Assembly (NCBI GenBank): GCA_022813865.1
Contig: JALDZX010000020.1
Location: 360,354 to 380,353 of the forward strand
Direction of reading: 5' to 3'
DNA length: 20,000 nt
Source: Xylographa opegraphella
Lineage: Eukaryota
The position numbers and the translations under genes are program-made. Shown here one piece after another: positions 11,594-20,000 of this stretch; position 1 is the stretch's first letter; every line of letters starts with the position of its first letter. The notes under the pieces were generated by a model. It had not been told where the DNA came from and ran no database searches. It saw only the letters and a list, made by a program, of their open reading frames with translations.

Positions 11594-11894
11594 TCCGAAC
11601 TTGTTAAACAGGGAATGGTAGCGAGAGAGGACTGGAATAGTGGTTAGGCGAGCACGACATCGAAATTTTTTTTGGAAATTAACTTACGAGCTGCAGGCTG
11701 TCACGCTATAGCAGTATGAAATGGCATGTTCTCCAGGATGGGTACTTCGGACTTCTGAGCTAGGAAATGGCGGCAAGAGAGACTAGAACAATGGTTAGTA
11801 AAGTACTGCGTCCAAATACCTTCAGGAACAAACTTACAAGTTCCCGGTGGTATTATCATAGCAGTGTCAGATCGTACACTTTTCAGGATGGGTA
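11594..11894 (-). repeat. Diverged tandem duplication of a 150-bp exon+intron unit
   Basis: Copies at 11894-11745 and 11744-11594 both start TACCCATCCTG, share ACTGCTAT, and have the donor exactly 57 nt in. Their introns and post-acceptor sequence are similar. 35/57 positions are identical before the donor by hand count. Confidence 0.85.
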
Positions 11895-12214
11895 AGAGGA
11901 CGGCCGAGAGCGAAAGGACGAGCAGATAGTGGAGTGTGTAAGCTTTGAGAAGAGAGCAGCTAGGATTGGTAAGGGGCATCAACTCACCCGAATAATTGTG
12001 AGAACAAGAGATATCAATGGTAGAGAAGTATTGGATGGATGTGCTGGTAAGAGCCGACCGAGGCGACGTAACGGCGCCATAAGAGGGAGTGGGAGAAAGA
12101 GCGTTAGCCTCAGTCTCCAGGAAAACAGGGGAGCATATGGGGCTCTGACTGGGAAGTGCTTGAGGTGTAGCAGATGCAGCGTTGGTGATTTAACAAGATA
12201 CATTGAAAGGAAAG

Positions 12215-12480
12215 AACGCCCAACACCAGACTCCGAACGCCAAACGCCCCACCGAAAGCAGACCCAGCAGACCAAAGGCAGAAAAACAGTACACCGAACG
12301 CCTAACTCCAAACTCCTAACGCCACACCGAAGCAGACCAAAGCAGACCGAGGATCGAAAACACCGAACGCCAAACTCCCCCCCACCACACAAAAGCAGAC
12401 CAAAACAGACCAAAAACAAAACACCGAACGCCTAACACCAAACACCAAAGCAAATATCAAAAAACAAACCCAAAAATAAA
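12215..12480. repeat. Degenerate ~60-70 bp minisatellite, A/C-rich on + (GU-rich on -)
   Basis: CCGAACGCC at about 12233, 12294, 12363 and 12424. The first three are each followed by a doubled (A)GCAGACC/ACAGACC motif and an A-run. The plus strand is almost devoid of T. Confidence 0.85.
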
Positions 12481-12522
12481 CAAAGCACAATATAAGGACG
12501 AAAGCAACGTGCAGAGCAGAGT

Positions 12523-12544
12523 GGAGGAGGAGGAGGAGGAGGAG
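12523..12544. repeat. (GGA)7 microsatellite
   Basis: ggaggaggaggaggaggaggag read directly. Confidence 0.9.
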
Positions 12545-12824
12545 TTCAGCCAGGTCCCCCGACCCAGCAGGAGCGAGGAGAGGCACTTACTGGTGAAGAG
12601 TAGTGGTGAAGATGCTGAAGAAAGAAAAGAAAGTAGAGGAGAGGGAATTTGGAGTGTAGGTAATGGCTCTAGCACGGCAGGAGATATCACGCACCAAGCC
12701 TTCTCCAGAGCGAGGGGCCAGATACCTAAACCGCTGATACGCAAACCTCTGATCGTGGATTGTATACATGTGTAGTGCTGATTGAGAGCGTTGTAAGGTG
12801 AAGAGAATTGCGAGTTGGGCAATG

Positions 12825-12832
12825 TTTATATA
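12825..12832 (-). promoter_or_regulatory. Candidate TATA box of the unannotated minus-strand unit
   Basis: Plus TTTATATA = minus TATATAAA, followed on the minus strand by a pyrimidine-rich initiator-like stretch. It could instead be part of the MOT1 3' end/terminator region (~360 bp after the MOT1 stop). Confidence 0.45.
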
Positions 12833-13192
12833 TCCGGATTGAGCCAAGTTCCACAAAAAACTAGTAAGGATTGCCGTGTTGGTGACTGGGAGACACACTT
12901 TGAGAGTAGTGTGTGGTCACAAGTGCTTCATCATCGGGAAGGTCAGTGCACAGTTCCGCAGTCTTAAGACTTTCAGCCAAACGGTAGCATGGTGATGAAG
13001 ATGCAAATGCTTTATTGTTGTCTGGCCTGAAGCAGTTTAGCTACCTAGTACGGTAATGCGCTGAGCTTCATCAAGCCACACCCGCCGAAATATGCCCGTG
13101 TCGCTATGCAAGAATCCAAGTTCCGTCCAAGTGACCCATCCTTTACTTACGCCCAATTCGTTACCTTCCCACTTTTGAAGCCTGCCCTGAGA

Positions 13193-16100
13193 TCAAGCTT
13201 TCATGTTCGCCAAGAACGAGTCGAGGTTGTATTCCTCCTCGTATTGGTTTTCGTCCCACAGTTCGCCCAGATCGTCCAGCCATCCCTTCTTGCCCTTTTC
13301 TCGGACCTCACCGGTCGCGTCCACCATATCTTCCTCTTTTCCGTTGATGTTATTGCTGCTTGGATCCATGCCGTCGGCTGTTTCGCCAAGATTGAACAGA
13401 TCCAGGATTTGATCTGTTTCCATTGTACCCAGGCCAGCATTTTGTTGGTTGACTACTGTCGAGGCCACATCGATTTTGAAACGTTGGAGGCTAATATCAG
13501 AAGTTAGTAAACAACCATCCTTGCGAACGACAAATGCAGAAATCCTCGGACTAACTTTAATATCTTCTCCTCCAATGTGCCTCTCGTAATCAACCGGTAC
13601 ACATTTACAACCTTCTTTTGTCCAATCCGATGCGCCCGGTCCATAGCTTGCAGGTCTTTCTGCGGATTCCAGTCGTGCTCGACGAAAATGACAGTGTCGG
13701 CTCCTGTAAGATTCAGGCCGAGACCACCGACGCTGGTAGTGAGTAGGAGAACATCATAGCTGGGATCTGTGTTGAATTGGTTGACAATATTCTGCCGCTT
13801 GTTGGCTTCCACACCCCCATCTAAACGAAGATACTGTACTGTTGGAAGCAGCTTCTTCAGAACATCATTCTGAACGATATCGAGCATCTCTTTCATCTGA
13901 CAAAAGATCAGTGCTCGGTGTGGACTGACGTAATTCGTCTCGGTGCCAAGATCGTTTTCGGAGAGCACGTCACCGCCTATACCGCAGTCGACGAGGAGAT
14001 CACGGAGAGCAGTGAGCTTCGGCGCATGGGCTATATCTTTAAGATCCGAGCCTTGTGAGTGTAGCTTTTTCTGGATTGCCTCGTACTGTTTATGATTGGG
14101 CTTCACAATCAGAGAAGGCGAGTTGCACAGTTTGCGCATATATTGTAAGGCCTGGAATATGTGTTGCTTGGCTTCCTTGTCTTCTATGCCAGCGTTTGCT
14201 TCAAGGGACTTGCGTTCCCTCTTGGCAAAATCCTCGAAGAGAGTCTTCTGCAGTTCACTGAGATCACAATAATAGTTTTGCAGTATCTTAGGTGGTAAAT
14301 CATCCAGTACTTCTTCCTTGAGACGACGTAGAAGAAATGGTAAGACCTGCTTGTGTAGAGCTTCGATTGCCAATGCACCTCTTTCTTGCTCTTTAGAAGA
14401 TGACTTAGCATTTCGACTAGCTGCGATAGGTCTTGCAAACCTGTCCTGGAAAACCTTCTCAGCTCCCAGAAACCCAGGCATTAGGAAGTCGAACAGCGAC
14501 CAAAGCTCGAGGACGTTGTTCTGTATCGGAGTTCCGGAGAGTATGAGACGATGGTTGCTAGAGAGACGCTTTACAGCCATTGTTATCTTAGCTTTAGGAT
14601 TTTTGATCAGATGACCTTCATCTAAAACACAATAGTTCCAATTCAAGGGCAGTAAAACATCAATGTCGTTTCTGCAAACATCATAGGAAGTGATCACAAC
14701 ATCCTGCTTTCCTAGTTGAGCTACAAGCTTGTTTCGATCCGCCGGTGGACCAACATAAGTGAGACAAGATAGGAACGGAGCATACGTTCGGATCTCTTGT
14801 TGCCAATGGCCCGATAATGTGGGTGGGCATATGATCAGAGAGGGCAATCGGCGTACTTCAGGGGCTTTGGTCTTCTCATACTCTGCCGCTCGCATATGGT
14901 GGTCGCTTGCGACTATGCACAATGTTTGCAACGTCTTGCCCAGTCCCATGTCATCGCACAGAATGCCGTGTAGGTTGAATCGATTGAGGAACGCAAGCCA
15001 GTTGACACCATCTTGCTGGTAGGATCGAAGGGTTGCCTTGATATGGACTGGTATTTCAAACGGATCTGTCTTCTTCGGATCGAGCATCTGCGCAACAAAT
15101 TTTCGTTCTTTGTCGCGACCTTCCAGTAGTTTCTCCGAAAACCCCGGAGGGTCTGCAATACCAGCCTCCAGAGGAACCAATTTAACCAGTGTTGCGAATG
15201 TTGTAGTAGCTATTAATCTTATGTCGCCATCGGAGTCGCTCATCCTGCCTAGAATAGGAACGATGAGAAATATGACGTATGGGAGGATATTGTCCTCCAT
15301 AACATGAATGAGATGATAGACACATTCGATAGCACCTTGGCGGTAGTGTAGTTCAAGCGGATTGCTGATGGCCGGTAGAACCTTCTCCACGAGCGTCGTC
15401 ATCCCTTTCACCGTCCATACACTGCATACGGTAGCAAAGCATTTGGCCGCAGCGTATCGGAAAACTGAATACCTACAGCGCAAAGCTGCAAGTACTGTCG
15501 GAATAATTTGATCGACGAATGGCTGTAGGTCAGACTGCAGATTTGGTACTAGTACACGTAGCAATGAGAATGCATCAACCACATCTTGGCCAATGTCATC
15601 ATCAATATCGTCAAGCATCAGCACTCCAGAACTACTGAATACTTTCTGGAGTGGCTCAACAATTTTGTTTCTGAAGCCTGGTGCACTTTTGAACAGGTTG
15701 CTTCCAAATGTAATGGCCAACTGGTCAATTACTTCTTTAGCACCACGTCGAGTGATTCTGGCTGCCTTGGCTTCTAACTCATACTTAGCGGCATCCAGGT
15801 GGTCTTTACGGTCTTCTTCCTTGCGCAAAGACAATATAGAATCTTTAAACTGTGCGTTGGGCGGAAACTCTGGAGTTTCGGAAGTATCAATACAATAGAA
15901 CTTGATAATATTATTGATGATTTTGTCGGCAGCTTTACTGCGCTCGCCACTGGCATAGTGTTGCATTAGTAATGAAACTGACATAGCGGATCGCTTCTGC
16001 AGTTCCGAGTTTTCTTCATATCTGACGCTGTCTGTCAACGACTTGATCAGGCTCGCAGGTTTTTTGGGGATTTCCTTCATGGCCACCAGAGCCGCAGAAG

Positions 16101-19100
16101 CTGCTGCTCGAATTCTGATATCTCTTTCAAGTTTGACCCTTTTCGCTTCCTCAATAGCGGTCATGGCATTGTTCTTTGCATCCTCGAATACTTGCATGGA
16201 GGCAAATCGCTGGGCAGTAGGAAGCGCTTTTTTTAAACGATCATAGTCTTGGCTAATAATCGTCTCCGCATTCGATAGCGAGAAAGCGGTAGGCCCAGCG
16301 CCTGTATCCCCTTGCACGACTACCGCCAGTATTGGGATTTTAGATGGAGAAATTCGTCCTTGGTCCCGAAATGCATTCAGGAGCGATTGACATTGTGCTC
16401 TTGCAATCTGGAGATAACTAACAAGATCAGTGTAACTCTCTGGTCTGCTACTATCAAGCATTGATCGTAGGACTTCTATCAATTCCGCCGGTAAATGATT
16501 TGAAGCATCCGAGCATCTCGCTTGCTCTTCTATGATCATCGAAGCGGTCATTTGTGTAGTTGAATAGGGCGAGCTCAAGGCAGCAGAGAGCTTATCTGTA
16601 AAGCTTGCGACGTTTTGATCCCTACAACTGAGCTCCATTGCCTTGCCGAGTGCTTTGGCGCCATATATTCTAGATCGGATCAATGTATCAGCTCCCACAA
16701 GATCCACGTCTCCCTGAAGCATATGCCCATCCACATTATGAGCCTTGTTTGATATTTCTTCTTTCTTTTCCGAACGTCTCCTTCGTTTAGGAGGGGGCTC
16801 GCCGACAGCCGGTGGGGAGCTTTTGCGTGGTGCTGGTGAGGGTTCGACAAGAGGTTGACCCGATGGTCGCATAATCAGAGAGTAGTCGATTGGGATAGGA
16901 TACCGCGATACCCCAATCGGATGAAGGGCTAGAGAGAACATTGGACTAGAAATGCTGAAGAACTCAGACTTGAAATGGCACTCAGCCGCAAGGAACGAAG
17001 CAAGTTTTTGCCAAACGGTATAAGAAAGCTCTAAGACGGCCTCATTACGCTCGACGAGGAGGTTCTGGAAGACGAGCCGCAAGACTCTAGAGCCGACCCA
17101 AGATTTACTCTGCGGTGCTTCGATATTCAAGAATGTCTGCAGTGCTCTCAGTACAGCAGATCTGACACTCGAGATTGTGTGTCGCAGAAACGGATATAGT
17201 CGTGGTACGAGCCGGAAGAATGAGTGCTCTGAGTCTATTTCGTTACCATCTTCCGACGCGTTCATTAACATTGCAGCCAGAACCGACTCATAGCTGCAAA
17301 GCTTGGCCAAAAGATCCATTACATTCCCTGTGCTAGCACTAAGGTCGTCCCTCAAATCCGAAAGACAGTCCCATACCAGATTCATCAGCGAGGGTAATAA
17401 TCCTGGCCGCATTTGGACCAAGTCTTCCGCAATTGGTATTAAAGTTGCTGCACTTACAGCTCGAACATCATCATCAAAGTCGGAGAGTCCTTTCATCACA
17501 GCCTCAACGATGCCATCTAGGTGAGTCACGAGGATATCTTTTCTGACCACTCCGAGGTACTTGAATCCAAGCATCCCGCCATGGCAGACTTCCCAAACGC
17601 GGCCTGTGAGGCTGAGATCGGTCTGCAGCACCATACGATGGAGCACCTTGTAAAGGAGATCTATGGTCGAATTTGGCAGGTGTAAAAGCAGTGCCCCCAA
17701 AGTCTGGCCGGTGGTTTCGCGTATTGGTGCAACCACGTTGTCTGAGATATAGTCCCCGAATCGATCAAGCATAAGAACACAACATAGTCGACAAGCTAGG
17801 TCATCGAGCCATGCAGCGTTAAGGGTATTGTTGACCCCGCGAGTTCTGCCACGATGCCGACCCGCGCCAGCACCATGCACCCGGACGACTTCACGTAAAC
17901 CCATTGCAGCACCATGTCGGATTTCCCAGTTGGGATCGAAAAGGTCAACCGAGAGAATGTCGCAAAGCATTTCAAAAGGCCACTCGCGGCCATCTTCCTC
18001 GGCTTCTGTCTGAATAACGGGCTTCTCTGGTACTATCGGTCCTTTAAATTCCGATACGACCTTGGAATCGTCATCACCGTTTGTACGATCCAGCGAGAAA
18101 AGCTTCGGACCGTCGTCAATACTACTTTCGCGCTTGACCTCAGACTTGATAACATCCGATTCCGGTGTCATCGGGGTTTGTGGAAGATCACTATTAATTC
18201 GGTGAACGGCCAAATCAATCACGCGCACCTTGTTAGACTGATTCCTCGCATTCAACTTAGTTTTTCGCTTGAGTTGATTGAGTTGGCGTTTACTCAAACC
18301 GGACTCTTCTGTCGGTGTTTGCGCGAAGGATCCATGAGGCGAATCCGCGGTGAGAGGATATGGCGACTGGATGCTGTTGTTCCGAGATAGCATGCCTTTA
18401 CTCGTATCGACTCTAGGAAGACCAGGCGACGTGAACGACGAATACTGCGGAGTGAAAAGAATATCCTTATCATTGAGGATATCCTCCTCAAAATATTCGC
18501 TTCCAAGACCCAAACGGGCTTGCAAGCTTCGTTTCTGCACAGCAAGCCGCTGTGACGGGTCCAGGGTGGCAAGAGCATAGTCGTACTCCTTTCCAGCGCT
18601 TCCAAGAAGTTTCTTACCATATTTCAGAATGGCCTTGATATCCAGCGTGGCAAGTTGCAGCTGGTCATCGTCGGTCGTCGATTTGGTAGGAGTAGAGCCG
18701 TGCTGGCTATCATGCGGAGGCTCGTCTTTGACGTCTTCCTCGTCTTCATTAGGATCAAACTTGGCAGCATTTTCCACAATGCCTCCTATGGCCTTGGCCG
18801 CCGCGAGTCGTGTTTCCCATCTGGAGGACCGGAGATAGGGCAGGACCCGTGACAGCAGATTAAAGAGCTCATCCGGATGTTGTTTCTGAAGCTCCGACAG
18901 CTGGTGGGCGGCGGTGTCTCTGATGAGCTTGGTGCTCCCCGTCTCCAATAAACTGCCAAGTGCAAGTCAGCCAGCCAATCACTCACCACTTCGTTAGTCG
19001 CAGCCAGGGTTTTTCATACGTCACTAAGCGATCGAGCCTAGATCACGTGATGTTAGCACTACCGTGTTCTTCGTCGATCGACGGTGCATTAGCGAAAGAA

Positions 19101-19116
19101 CTCACCTCGAAGTCAT
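13193..19116 (-). CDS. MOT1: TATA-binding-protein-associated SNF2 ATPase Mot1/BTAF1, ~1907 aa; exons 19116-19106, 19037-19020, 18952-13556, 13490-13193
   Basis: Two micro-exons restore the N-terminus MTSR|LDRLVT|LLETGST. HEAT-repeat region (DLFDPNWEIRHGAAMGLRE, LDRFGDYISDNVVAPIRE) and SNF2 motifs GILCDDMGLGKTLQ, CVLDEGH, LSGTPIQN and QAMDRAHRIGQ. The last intron, 13555-13491 (GTTAGT/CTAAC/TAG), joins to NLQRFKIDVASTVVNQQN...ELWDENQYEEEYNLDSFL. Total 5724 nt, in frame. Confidence 0.97.
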
Positions 19117-20000
19117 TTTGATGGTGGCGTTGCTGGAACATGTTGGTCATTGCATCCAATCATGCGTGGGTGAACATGCTGGTCTCTCGGTCTTGAGCCA
19201 GAGCGTGTGAGTTTGGGGTTTACGATTTACGCGACAAGAAGTCGCATGAGAACGAGCGACGAGCGACGAGGCGACGTTGCAGCTTGTGCGAGGATGATCG
19301 AATTAGGAAAGGTGGCTTTCTGGCAGATGTTTTGTGCGTGTTGGGGGCCTGGGCGTGGGGCGAAGAGGCTGAGGCAGTTGGTGGGTAAGGGTACTAGGTA
19401 GCTTAATCGGAGCTTTTGGCGGGGTGACCACGTTCGAAAACTGGCAGAACTTTTTTCGAGGGGGCCTTTACCACGTATTATATGGACCTTATCTCCACGA
19501 AAAGGAGACGCTAGTCCTCCTTCGCCCTAGCTAGCCGCGCTAGTCAGCGCCCCGAGAATTGCAAATTGATCCTGCCTCATCACAGCCTCCACGTCCGACA
19601 ACAAAGGTACAGCTGACATTAACGCGTGCTCTGCGCTTCCAATGCAGTCTTCATCCACACGCTTGATCAGAGTCAGACCAGGTGGTGAACCTTCAGCTTG
19701 GACCCGGCCATTGGTCGTTCGTCGTCAGGGCATTCACTTTCCATATCCTGCTCCGATAGTTACTACTTTCTTGACTGATTACGCGACAAGGCTCGCGATA
19801 CTGCGGTCTTACGATACTGCTTCCATATGCTCCTCGTGTATCTATAGACCCGGTGCCACTCGGTCTATCATACAAAAGTGGTAAAAAGTGGCTGATTCTT
19901 TCAGAGACTTGGGAACAGTACCGCCGTAGGACAAGCATAACGTCCATCCCTGGGTCGCGGAAAACCCACCGTGCCGCAAAATTTAACGGGTACTTGCACT

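Larger units (their letters stand above)
11261..12832 (-). other. Putative unannotated spliced transcription unit (lncRNA, orphan gene or pseudogene)
   Basis: Minus strand: TATATAAA at 12832-12825, a CT-rich leader, and donors GTAAGT 12590, GTGAGT 11987, GTAAGT 11837 and GTAAGT 11687. Two textbook introns lie at 11837-11783 and 11687-11632 (GTAAGT...CTAAC...YAG, 55 and 56 nt). No recognisable protein; the boundaries are approximate. Confidence 0.5.

Noticed and set aside
11870..11894. TCC-TGA on the minus strand as an antizyme +1 frameshift site
   Set aside because: No antizyme-like ORF1 or ORF2 around it; the +1 frame and spliced frames close quickly.
12215..12480. CRISPR-like repeat-spacer array
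   Set aside because: Eukaryotic context. The 'spacers' are similar to each other and irregular in length, so this is a minisatellite.
11929..12586. ORFs of 168, 146 and 94 aa over the minisatellite
   Set aside because: Open only because the repeat lacks T on + and A on -. The translations are repetitive and the starts are non-ATG.
10900..13190. Telomerase RNA, snRNA or RNase P/MRP in the 2.3-kb gap
   Set aside because: The size would fit a Pezizomycotina TER, but I found no TAACCCTAA-type template on either strand. There are no U1/U2/U5/U6 hallmark motifs, and ATGGGGCTC (~12137) has no matching upstream MRP CR-I. An Infernal search would be decisive.
18953..19019. MOT1 intron 2 contains an internal ACTAAC..AAG and GTGAGT, suggesting twin introns around a 2-nt exon
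   Set aside because: The sub-introns would be only 31 and 34 nt, and the 2-nt exon would break the frame. The single 67-nt intron gives the conserved RLVTLLETG.
19642..19947. 80-84 aa ORFs and a 7-bp hairpin (ATAGACC/GGTCTAT, 19844-19868) at the window end
   Set aside because: No homology recognisable and the stem is short enough to be chance. It may be the leader of a gene outside the window.

Overview
Eukaryotic, intron-containing DNA from a filamentous ascomycete (Pezizomycotina). I read five conserved genes after splicing them by hand: (1) the 3' end of a Fkh1/2-type forkhead transcription factor (+); (2) the pH-response zinc-finger regulator pacC/RIM101 (+), preceded by a cluster of its own GCCARG sites; (3) an ING-family PHD-finger chromatin protein (-); (4) a QIP-like (QDE-2-interacting) DEDDh exonuclease with an RGG tail (+); (5) the TBP-associated SNF2 ATPase MOT1 (-). 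The least explained part is the ~2.3 kb gap between QIP and MOT1. It appears to hold an unannotated, multiply spliced minus-strand transcription unit with a TATA box, three splice donors exactly 150 bp apart, a diverged tandem exon+intron duplication that kept its splice signals, and a GU-rich minisatellite in a long first intron. It has no recognisable protein product. Smaller oddities are a silent-site-only duplication of the PacC IDPAL motif, a hairpin-closed long intron in QIP, and a sharp GC/skew island inside the ING gene. All calls come from manual reading; no database searches were run.
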